From: a virus
Length of the DNA: 64,000 bases
Direction: 5' to 3' (one strand)
IMG/VR virus record: IMGVR_UViG_3300042868_010125
Location: 37,597-101,596 of that record
A program made the translations under genes and the position numbers. The notes beneath the pieces are model-generated. The model did not search any database and was not told the origin of the DNA. It saw nothing but the letters and a program-made list of their open reading frames with translations. Position 1 is the first letter of the stretch. Each line of letters opens with the position of its first letter. Of the stretch, positions 53,023 through 61,587 are shown in pieces.

Positions 53023-54818
53023 AGGTTTCCTGTCTTATCATCTTGTAGTAGTTTGAGAAGCTGGTCTTTATCTTTAACAATTTGTTCAAAGTTATCGGCT
53101 TTAGTTTCTAAAACTTGAATAACTCTTTCTTCTATAGTTCCCTCTGTAACATAGTCGGTAATTACTATAGAGTCGTGTATTTCGCTTCCGATTCTATGTA
53201 CGCGGTCTAGAACCTGCTTGTAATCAACTAAAGACCAAGGTCTTTGAAGCATTATCAAGCGACGAGCAGCAGTGAGTGTAATTCCAACTCCTCCCGCTTG
53301 GGCTGTAAAGAGAATCCATTTTATTGCTCCAGATTGGAAATCGTCAATAGCCTTCTGACGCTCATCTTCATCTTGGTCGCCTGTGATTAGACCGTGAGCA
53401 ATTTTTTTCTTTGTCAACTCTGCGCTGAGAAGATTAATAAGTTGTTTAGAGACAGCGCTTACTGCTACAGAGTCATCCCCAAAGTCCCCGTTGCCAATGT
53501 CATCCATCAGAGCATCAATTTTGCAAGAAGGAGAGTCTAATACTGCTTTAGGCTCACCAGTCTCTTCATTGACAACAATAGTTGCGTAAGAACTAGCAAA
53601 CTGAAGAAGTCGTATCGTCTGAGTCAGAACGCTAGGTGCTGCAAGGGTGTCCCCAGATTCGAGTTCAGATATCATCAAATCTCTCATCTGTTCGTAAGCC
53701 TTTTTCTGCTTAGTAGACATCTCTACATCTCTACGCTCTTTTAGAACTGGAGGCAGGTTAGGTAGTACAACTTTTTTAAGCATGCGTCTCATGTAAGGGT
53801 TTACGCTGCTGTAAAACTCCTCTTGCATCTGAGGTTTGACCCCTAGAACCATCATTCCACCAAAAGCGTTAAGCATCACATCAACCATTCGGTCAATCCA
53901 CTTTGTTTTGCTAGGCCAATCTTTTGGGGAAATCCAGTGAAGTATTGACCAAAGGTCTACAACATTGTTAGCAATAGGTGTTCCAGTTAGTGCAAAGCGA
54001 ATCTCAGCGGTACCAGAGGCAGACCAGAGAGCACGGGATTGTTTTGATTTAGGATCTTTACTTCTGTGAATCTCATCTGCAATCACTGCTTTAAATTTAA
54101 AATTGTTTAGTTCTCTTAAGTGGACTTCGCAACGGTTCTCGCTAATCTTTTCATCTTGACCTCCGCAAGCCTTGCACCTTGTTAAAGAGATAGAGCCGTA
54201 AGGAGAGAGTCTTGAGTGAGAGCGTAAGGACTCCCAGTTAATAATAAATACTTGCGCTGGTTGGTCAAATTGTTTTTTGCGTTGAAGAGCAGAGCCTTTA
54301 ATAACCTGCGTACTTACATCTGGCCACCATGTAACAAACTCTCTTGCCCAGTTATTTTTTAAAGTATTAGGGCAGACAATTAAAATAGGGAAAACATCTT
54401 CTCCTCTATCGTGTAACTCTTTTAAGGCTCTAATTGCCTGAGCAGTCTTACCTAAGCCAGGCTCGTCGGCTAGAAGAGCTCTTTTGGCAGTTGCTAGGAA
54501 GGCAACCCCTGCTCTTTGATGAGGAAATAGGACTTCATCGCCTTCGTAGGTCTCTAACTCTCTTAAATTATTGGCTGGGGTGATTCTTGTTGCTAATTGA
54601 TTGGCTGCCCAAGCGCCTAAAGTAGGCTTTATCTCTAAATCATTGCGGAATGTTGAGCGTAAGGCTAGACAGGTTGTCCAACTTAGGGGAACCCTCCAAA
54701 CCTGCTCAGAAGCGCTCCAGGAGGCTCCTGGGAGGCTTTTACAGAGTTCTTTATAGCGCCAATCAGCACTTATAAGGATATGCTCCCCTTGAGCATCTAT
54801 ATCTACAGATACTGCCAC
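53019..54818 (-). CDS. SNF2-family helicase
   Basis: LADEPGLGKT, DEIH, LTGTP, GGVGITL, Q..DRVHRIG. Confidence 0.92.
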   Translation of the reverse strand: MAVSVDIDAQGEHILISADWRYKELCKSLPGASWSASEQVWRVPLSWTTCLALRSTFRNDLEIKPTLGAWAANQLATRITPANNLRELETYEGDEVLFPHQRAGVAFLATAKRALLADEPGLGKTAQAIRALKELHDRGEDVFPILIVCPNTLKNNWAREFVTWWPDVSTQVIKGSALQRKKQFDQPAQVFIINWESLRSHSRLSPYGSISLTRCKACGGQDEKISENRCEVHLRELNNFKFKAVIADEIHRSKDPKSKQSRALWSASGTAEIRFALTGTPIANNVVDLWSILHWISPKDWPSKTKWIDRMVDVMLNAFGGMMVLGVKPQMQEEFYSSVNPYMRRMLKKVVLPNLPPVLKERRDVEMSTKQKKAYEQMRDLMISELESGDTLAAPSVLTQTIRLLQFASSYATIVVNEETGEPKAVLDSPSCKIDALMDDIGNGDFGDDSVAVSAVSKQLINLLSAELTKKKIAHGLITGDQDEDERQKAIDDFQSGAIKWILFTAQAGGVGITLTAARRLIMLQRPWSLVDYKQVLDRVHRIGSEIHDSIVITDYVTEGTIEERVIQVLETKADNFEQIVKDKDQLLKLLQDDKTGNL

Positions 54819-54879
54819 CCTGACTCCTTACCTATATATGGACTGAAATATTTTTTAGTTTATTTTTTTCTGTCCATAT

Positions 54880-55359
54880 CTATTTTAGCAGAACTACTGG
54901 CTTCCAACCGCTTTTAACCAACTTTAAAAGGGCGTGTCGTATGGCATCGTTTGCATGCCCTTCCCCGCCTTTATGCCACGTACCCAACTTTTTTAAAGCC
55001 TCGTTAGGGAACATAGTCTTAGCATCAACAGGAGATTGAAAAACGATTTTTTCAGGGTCATATTCCTTCACTCGACACATATGCTTTAGAACCCCTATCT
55101 GCTCAAGGCTAAATGGTGCCTGTGAATTTCTCACCGTCTGAGCAGTAATAACAAATCGCTCACAAACCACCAAAACATTATCGTAGGACTGAGTGGAAGA
55201 AGAAGCAATAGACATAGCCGTGTCCATCCAAGAAGCAAATGTCTCTGGGTCAACCTCTGCTGACATTTTAACTACTGGAGTCTCTTCTGGCACACCAGAC
55301 CACTCAACTAAACACACCCCTGTTGCTTTACCAGGGTCTACAGACACTATGTACTTCAT
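54880..55359 (-). CDS. RuvC-like Holliday junction resolvase
   Basis: SVDPGKATG, VCERF, HANDA. Confidence 0.75.
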   Translation of the reverse strand: MKYIVSVDPGKATGVCLVEWSGVPEETPVVKMSAEVDPETFASWMDTAMSIASSSTQSYDNVLVVCERFVITAQTVRNSQAPFSLEQIGVLKHMCRVKEYDPEKIVFQSPVDAKTMFPNEALKKLGTWHKGGEGHANDAIRHALLKLVKSGWKPVVLLK

Positions 55360-57180
55360 TTAATACTTCTCTCCCCAGTTTTCAAGTGGACCATCTATTC
55401 CAGCAGTTAGTGGAACATCCCAGCCTTCAGTAGTTGTCATACATTCTTGAACTATTTTCTTAAACTCTTCTGCTTGCTCTCTTGGTGCCTGTAAAACAAT
55501 TTCATCGTGAACAGGGACAATAAGATATTCGGTCAAATCTGCTTGGTCAAGTTTTATTAGATTACTTTTAAATATTTCAGCAGCTCCGCCTTGAATTAAG
55601 TAGTTAATCAGCGTGTAAACACGTCCTTCGTCGCAAGGAATCTTACGACCAGTCCAAGTGTAAATGTAACCTTGACCTTCATCCCTCTCCCTACGAACAC
55701 CAAGATTTTCAATATCTTTTTGAAACTTAATCATTCCTGGGTAACGCTTATCAAAAGCATCCGACACAGATTTCATCTGAGACTCTAGAACTCCAGCAGT
55801 AATTGCTTGTTTAGCAACTCCAGCACCATAGAGACGACCATAAACCATTCCCTTAATCAAAGTACGTCTTTTATCTGAACGAGTCATATCTGGTTCTTGA
55901 TACACCTCTCGACCAATTTCAGTAAAGGGGTCTGAGCCAGTTGCGTCAGCGCGATTAAAAAGATTAATTAAATTAGGATCTTTAGATAAAGATGCAAACA
56001 TACGGAACTCAACTTGGTCTAAGTCGGAGGTAATAATTACGTGGTCTTTGTCTTTAGGTATAAAAGCTCTACGAACAGTGTCATCTCCCTTTGGAAGGGT
56101 TTGTAGCGCTGGGTCAGTAATAGACATACGAGAAGTACGAGCACCTAGTGTTTTTACGGAAGGGTGAACAATTCCGTCAATTGACTTGTTTAAAAAGTTT
56201 AGGAAGTAGGTATTTGCCAGTTTATCTGCTTTACGTTGTTTTAAAATTGTCTCGGCAAGATTTTTAACCTCATCATTGCCTTGGATAGTCAGCAGGTGAA
56301 GTTGGTCTTTACTTGCAGATTTTTGACCAGAAGGGGTAGTTTCAGTTATCTCTGCACCAAGTTTTTCAAATAATCTCACTAGTTGAATATTGCTGGTGAT
56401 ACTAGTTCCAGCATAGGTTTTTTCAGCCCACTCTTTTACAGACTCGGTGTAATTAATAAGTTCTTCATACTTACGTTTCGAGTACTCTAAATCAACTCTT
56501 GCACCATTTATCTCCATACGAGTAACTATTTTTCTAGCAGCCATCTCGATTTCATAGGCTTTGTGGTAAGGCTTGTTAGGACCGCATTTTTCGTAAAACT
56601 TTTCCCATAAACGCATCGTTAAAATAGTATCGAGTGCGCCATAAGACCAATAAGGTTCAAAGTTTGTCGGGACAGTCCCCCATGTCCATCCATTTTTTGA
56701 TAAATCAATATCTAACTTATCTTGAAGGTGCGCAGCATGACCATCTACAAGTCTTGCTGATAAAGGTTTTAGTCCACCAGGACCTAGTGGGTCGATAAGG
56801 TGAGCCATAATCATTGTGTCATGTGCACGATGCCAAGGTATTTCCCAATTAGATTTAACTGCAAACCATCTTGCTTCAAATGCAATATTGTGACAAACAA
56901 TAGGTCCATCAAATTTACTCATTGCTTCATAAAAAACACCAGACCACTCTGCCCAAGGGATAGCCCAGCCATGCATACCGTCACCAACTTGAACTAAACG
57001 AATATCTCCATGCCAAGGAGATAGAGCATGGTCTCTAGGAGAACCTAGTTTTTCTCCAGTTTCGATATCTACAGCGATTGCATCGTGAGGACGTCGTTGC
57101 CCCAGCCAAGAGATAAATTCATTTGCTTTTTCTACAGAGTCAACAAGGCTTACTTGAATTCCATCTAGTCCGTTTGTCAT
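55360..57180 (-). CDS. polA: Family A DNA polymerase (3'-5' exonuclease plus polymerase, no 5'-3' exonuclease)
   Basis: DIET, HNIAFE, YGALD exonuclease motifs; SDLDQVEFR (A), RTLIKGMVYGRLYG (B), VHDEI (C). Confidence 0.95.
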   Translation of the reverse strand: MTNGLDGIQVSLVDSVEKANEFISWLGQRRPHDAIAVDIETGEKLGSPRDHALSPWHGDIRLVQVGDGMHGWAIPWAEWSGVFYEAMSKFDGPIVCHNIAFEARWFAVKSNWEIPWHRAHDTMIMAHLIDPLGPGGLKPLSARLVDGHAAHLQDKLDIDLSKNGWTWGTVPTNFEPYWSYGALDTILTMRLWEKFYEKCGPNKPYHKAYEIEMAARKIVTRMEINGARVDLEYSKRKYEELINYTESVKEWAEKTYAGTSITSNIQLVRLFEKLGAEITETTPSGQKSASKDQLHLLTIQGNDEVKNLAETILKQRKADKLANTYFLNFLNKSIDGIVHPSVKTLGARTSRMSITDPALQTLPKGDDTVRRAFIPKDKDHVIITSDLDQVEFRMFASLSKDPNLINLFNRADATGSDPFTEIGREVYQEPDMTRSDKRRTLIKGMVYGRLYGAGVAKQAITAGVLESQMKSVSDAFDKRYPGMIKFQKDIENLGVRRERDEGQGYIYTWTGRKIPCDEGRVYTLINYLIQGGAAEIFKSNLIKLDQADLTEYLIVPVHDEIVLQAPREQAEEFKKIVQECMTTTEGWDVPLTAGIDGPLENWGEKY

Positions 57181-57217
57181 TTATCCTTCTGTCGTTTTGT
57201 TCTAGTTTAGTTCTTTT

Positions 57218-57688
57218 TTAAGGAATTGTCTCTATCCTATAGATAGTATCTATATTTTCATCATTCTTGGCAGCAACCTCTAAAAGTTCTCTAGCAACGT
57301 AGGTAAGGTATCTTGCCCCACTTTCGTTATATTTGTAAAGTGCATCTAGTACAGGCTGAGGATTATCGCTCACCTGAGCCCAGTAGCGATATCTTTCTGG
57401 GAAAACAATAGGCAATGACCTATTAGGGTAGCACTCTTCACAAGGAATAGCGTCTTTTTCAAGTTTGTCAGTAAACTCGTCGATTAGGTTATATCTCTCT
57501 ACTTTTTCACAGGTTGCTCCGTGATAAATTAAAGATACCCCGATGCGAGAAAGCACGTAAGAACCATTTTCAGTTTTATAAAGAGCAAACTCAATCCAGC
57601 GCACAGAGCCTTTACGCCAAGAAGAAGATTTACTCAATAGTTTCCCGTTAAACTGTAGGGTTCTAGAACTATCTTTTACTTCAAACAT
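57218..57688 (-). CDS. Hypothetical protein with His/Cys cluster
   Basis: RWIEFALYKT..G.YV..YH...C...PCEEC. Confidence 0.65.
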   Translation of the reverse strand: MFEVKDSSRTLQFNGKLLSKSSSWRKGSVRWIEFALYKTENGSYVLSRIGVSLIYHGATCEKVERYNLIDEFTDKLEKDAIPCEECYPNRSLPIVFPERYRYWAQVSDNPQPVLDALYKYNESGARYLTYVARELLEVAAKNDENIDTIYRIETIP

Positions 57689-57693
57689 AATCT

Positions 57694-57852
57694 CTACTTA
57701 TCTTGATCTTCAACAATTTTTGTTACATCCATTAATTGGGTTAGATCGGCACGAAGAGAGGCTATCTGACCTTCATAATTTGCAGTAATTTCGCCAATAC
57801 GTTGCTGTAGAGCAATAATCATTAGTTCGTTTTTTGTCTTTGGTGTCTCCAT
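57694..57852 (-). CDS. Small coiled-coil protein, 52 aa (not in ORF track)
   Basis: METPKTKNELMIIALQQRIGEITANYEGQIASLRADLTQL...; fills the operon gap. Confidence 0.65.
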   Translation of the reverse strand: METPKTKNELMIIALQQRIGEITANYEGQIASLRADLTQLMDVTKIVEDQDK

Positions 57853-57861
57853 AGGTTTATA

Positions 57862-58086
57862 TTACTCTACATTTACAGCATCGTACTGAGCCTGAAGTGC
57901 GGCGATTTGTGCTTCGGCTGTGTCGATCATCTTGTTTGATGAAGCAATAATACTTGCCTCTGGAGCGTCAGTCGCGTTTTGCTCAATGATGTTGAGTTCG
58001 GCGCTGTACTTGTTAATTTTTACACCGCGTATGCGAGAGGCAATGAGGTTTAGCTTCTCTTCCTTTGTGATATCTGTACTTGACAT
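57862..58086 (-). CDS. Small helical protein
   Basis: EEKLNLIASRI; SD AAAGGA; similar to 58136-58339. Confidence 0.65.
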   Translation of the reverse strand: MSSTDITKEEKLNLIASRIRGVKINKYSAELNIIEQNATDAPEASIIASSNKMIDTAEAQIAALQAQYDAVNVE

Positions 58087-58135
58087 TATTTTTCCTTTTC
58101 TTTTATCTTTTTATTCTTGGTTTTCCAAGAAATCT

Positions 58136-58339
58136 TTATTCAATATTTAATTGTACTTTAACATTATTTAAAGCTCTTAAAATATTTTCTATATTGTTAA
58201 TTGCAGATACCAAAACTTCCTCATCTCCAGGCTGAAGAAGGTGAAGTTCTTCATTTAATATTCTATTATGCTCTTCTAGGTTAATATTATGAAGGTCTAT
58301 TCTAGAGTTAAGTATTAGCATTTTATCGTTTATGTCCAT
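58136..58339 (-). CDS. Small helical protein
   Basis: NDKMLILNSRI; start at ATG58339, just after the previous stop. Confidence 0.6.
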   Translation of the reverse strand: MDINDKMLILNSRIDLHNINLEEHNRILNEELHLLQPGDEEVLVSAINNIENILRALNNVKVQLNIE

Positions 58340-58340
58340 A

Positions 58341-60347
58341 TTAAACCCATACTGAAAAGTCACTTCTATAAGTTGTTCCGTCTGTTCCAACAACAACAGC
58401 TCTATATCTTAGGTATCTAGGATTGGTATTAAATGTAACTGGCTCAGTTGCGCTAGCTATGTTACCAGGGCTACTATAGTCACCAGATAAGGTACTAACT
58501 CTGTTATCAAATGAAGAATTTCCAACAACTAAGCCTCCACCAGTTCTTCTCGGTCTTGTTCCCGATGTAATAAGTCCAGCCGGGTTACTTCCTTGACCAG
58601 TGGCTGTGTTTGCTGTAGAGTACTGCCACTCCCAAGTAATATTTGAGGCAGTGTAATCTCCAGATGTTGGAAGCTGATTGTTCCAACCCCATCTTAATCT
58701 AGAAGATGAATTTAATCTGTTAAATGCTGGAGCTGTCATTGTTCCCCAGACGACAGGGTTAAGTGGTGCCGCAGTGGTAGCGATAGAACTTGAAAACGCA
58801 GTCGTAAATTCCTGCACATCAGAACTTGTTGACGAAACCTTAACCTTTGCATAGTACGTCGTACTTGCAGCTCCTCCAGTCCAAACATAAGACCAGTCAC
58901 CAGTGGTAAGAGCGGGAGTTGGTAGACCAGTACTTATAGTAGAGATTAAAGTTTGAGAAGAGTTGTATATGTAGATTTCGCTTATTACTACATAGCGTGC
59001 TCCTGATGTAACGGGTCCAGCAGTGCCCGAGATAGTAAAACCTGTTGAAGTAGCTGTTCCAACTGATATGGAGGTAGTAGGAACTATGTATGCCCTACTA
59101 GAAACAACGCCGTATGCTATAGCACTATCCCCTGTCTGACTTGCTCCGTCATATCCAGTTACTTTAGCTCTAAAATAGTAGGATGGAGCTGTAGCATCAC
59201 TAAGCGTAATTGTGTACTGTTTGCTTGCGTTTGCAGTATATGCTGGACTATCTGTAGGCACTGCTGGATTGGATGAGTAAAGAATTTCATATTTATACGA
59301 ACTTGCCCCTGTCCAAGTTCCTTCAGAGACCGTAATAACTGAACCACTGCTAAAATTATTAGTGTCTGTTGATAAAGTTGGTACCACTGTGTTTACTGGA
59401 CCTGCTGTAGTAGTAAATGTAACACTTCCGTAGTTTGTTCCAGTAAAGTAGTAGTTGTTTGCTCTAACTAAAACCGTATATGAAGTACTTGCTGTAAGCC
59501 CGGTAAGATTTACCGACGTGTTTGTTGACGTCGATGTCCAACTTCCTCCGCCATTTAAAGAGTAATCATAACTTTGAATGTCTGACATGCCTTTACTTTC
59601 TCTAAGTGGGGCTGTCCAAGATATAGTGGCAGAGGTTTTTCTAACGTTAGACTCCGTTACTGAAGTTGGCGCCTGTGAAGATGAACCTTGATTTGCAACT
59701 ATGGTGAAATACCCATCATCATTTGACCCAGAGGTTACAGAGGACGAAGCAAGCCATACAGGGTGTGTTGAAGAGCCAAACTCTGTAAATGAAGTGGCAA
59801 AGGCTGAAGTTGTTCCGAAGTAAACTCTGTACTCTCCTCCTACGGTTCTACCAGAAGTAATGGCACTATAACCTGTGCGTGACCCATCAACGTAGTACGC
59901 AGTGTTGGAATAAGTGGATGTAGGGAATGCAACAAGTTTAATAAGTGCGTAGTCCTGACCGTTAGTAAAGTGCACCTCATACTCTATTTCAAAATTAGTT
60001 CCACCAAATCTTTTTCCACGCCAAAAAATATAAAATTTAGAACTGTCTGCGGCCCAACGTACCGAGCTCATTTCGAGGTCTGCTGGAAGTATGCCTAACA
60101 CTCTATCGACGGTACTGGATATGTTTATAGCAGACTGTCCTCCGTCAAAAGAAATGTAGCCGTTTGTTCCGATGTGCACTGTGTTTCCGAAAGAAAAAGT
60201 ATAAGTACGTGAAGTTGAAAAAAATTGGCGCCAAGTCCCAGATACGTTTATCCATCCTTGCGAAACGCTTCTCCAAGTAGATGAAACTTTTATCCAGATC
60301 TGAGACGCGGACCTCCAGGTAGAACTTGTTTTTATATATGCAGGCAT
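58341..60347 (-). CDS. Tail-associated protein with FN3/Ig-like domains
   Basis: Triple W-R N-terminal repeat; FN3 ATISWTAP..YDYS..LTGLTASTSYTVLVRA; further Ig-like domains. Confidence 0.75.
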   Translation of the reverse strand: MPAYIKTSSTWRSASQIWIKVSSTWRSVSQGWINVSGTWRQFFSTSRTYTFSFGNTVHIGTNGYISFDGGQSAINISSTVDRVLGILPADLEMSSVRWAADSSKFYIFWRGKRFGGTNFEIEYEVHFTNGQDYALIKLVAFPTSTYSNTAYYVDGSRTGYSAITSGRTVGGEYRVYFGTTSAFATSFTEFGSSTHPVWLASSSVTSGSNDDGYFTIVANQGSSSQAPTSVTESNVRKTSATISWTAPLRESKGMSDIQSYDYSLNGGGSWTSTSTNTSVNLTGLTASTSYTVLVRANNYYFTGTNYGSVTFTTTAGPVNTVVPTLSTDTNNFSSGSVITVSEGTWTGASSYKYEILYSSNPAVPTDSPAYTANASKQYTITLSDATAPSYYFRAKVTGYDGASQTGDSAIAYGVVSSRAYIVPTTSISVGTATSTGFTISGTAGPVTSGARYVVISEIYIYNSSQTLISTISTGLPTPALTTGDWSYVWTGGAASTTYYAKVKVSSTSSDVQEFTTAFSSSIATTAAPLNPVVWGTMTAPAFNRLNSSSRLRWGWNNQLPTSGDYTASNITWEWQYSTANTATGQGSNPAGLITSGTRPRRTGGGLVVGNSSFDNRVSTLSGDYSSPGNIASATEPVTFNTNPRYLRYRAVVVGTDGTTYRSDFSVWV

Positions 60348-60351
60348 GGGA

Positions 60352-61587
60352 TTATGTGTACACCACTACTATATCTCCGTCAGATCCACCTGAAGGAGTT
60401 CCTGCAGTTGCAGTTGGGTATATATTTCTAAGACCTGCTGTTCCGTATGAAGCAGACGATGAGGCAGATGGCATCTTAATTGTATAAAGAGAATGCACTT
60501 CAGAAGCTTGAAGCTCGATTCGCACTCCTGCGTTAATAAACAAATATCCATCGCCTGACTGGCCATCGGCGTTAATTACTGTTGCAGTGCCTCCACCGAA
60601 CTGATAAATCTCAAAATATGGGGAGGCTGTTGGACCCCAAGTTAGGCTAGGGCTGTTGTATAGCAAGGTATTTGTAAGTGTAAACTGACCGCCTGCACTT
60701 CCAGCAGCAAGTTGAATAGTAGAGCCTGAAATTGTTCCGCCACTAATAAAGTTTCCACTTATAGTCCCTGATGTTATCTGTGATGCAACAATATCTCCTG
60801 TATAAATTGTTCCTGCTCTAAGTGTTCCAGCCTGTAAAACACTTACATCAAGACTATTTGCTGCAATACGTGCGGCATTAAGAGTGCCAACCGAAATTGT
60901 TCCAGCATCAATGCTAGATATTGCTTGATAACCAAGACCGTACTGAACCCAAGCACTTCCTGACCACCTAGAGATACGATCTCCGTTTGCAGTATCAAAC
61001 CACAAATCACCTGTTGCAAATGTCCCCGTTGGGGTTGAATTTTGACGATATACCTTATTTTTTCCATCTGCCGTGGTTTGTGCAGCGCTTGCAGCGGCGG
61101 CGGCGGCAGCAATTGCTGTATCCTGAATATTTACCCAAGCAGTGCCATTCCATACATAAAGTTTGTTTCCATCATCTGTGTCATACCAGATATCGTTTAT
61201 CTTTAAAGAACCAGAAGAAGGTGCAGTTGTTTGCGAGTAGATGGTGTTTTTTCCATCTGCTGTTGCCCGAGCAGTGGCATCTGTTATCTCTACATAATCT
61301 CCCTCTTCTTCACTATACAGTTGACCTCCGCCTGTATCAGGGTCTACAACTAATAATCCGTCTTTTGGATTATCAATTACATCTGCAGGATTTTCTGTAG
61401 TTATTACAGTAGTACCAAAATCAACTTCATCTGCGGTAATACTACTAGGGGCTATAGCAGCAGCATTAATAACTCTTTTTTGCAGTTTTGTTCTAATAGG
61501 CTTGCGTTCTAAGTACTTAAGTCTACGTCTAACATCAGAGATACTATTACCTAAATTTTTATTACTGTTTCTTCTTCTACTTGTCAT
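60352..61587 (-). CDS. Minor tail/fibre protein
   Basis: Two ADGKN..Y.Q...P...D.W.DT..G....W.G.AW repeats, I.A..I..GT repeats, PSGGSDGDI C-terminus. Confidence 0.75.
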   Translation of the reverse strand: MTSRRRNSNKNLGNSISDVRRRLKYLERKPIRTKLQKRVINAAAIAPSSITADEVDFGTTVITTENPADVIDNPKDGLLVVDPDTGGGQLYSEEEGDYVEITDATARATADGKNTIYSQTTAPSSGSLKINDIWYDTDDGNKLYVWNGTAWVNIQDTAIAAAAAAASAAQTTADGKNKVYRQNSTPTGTFATGDLWFDTANGDRISRWSGSAWVQYGLGYQAISSIDAGTISVGTLNAARIAANSLDVSVLQAGTLRAGTIYTGDIVASQITSGTISGNFISGGTISGSTIQLAAGSAGGQFTLTNTLLYNSPSLTWGPTASPYFEIYQFGGGTATVINADGQSGDGYLFINAGVRIELQASEVHSLYTIKMPSASSSASYGTAGLRNIYPTATAGTPSGGSDGDIVVVYT

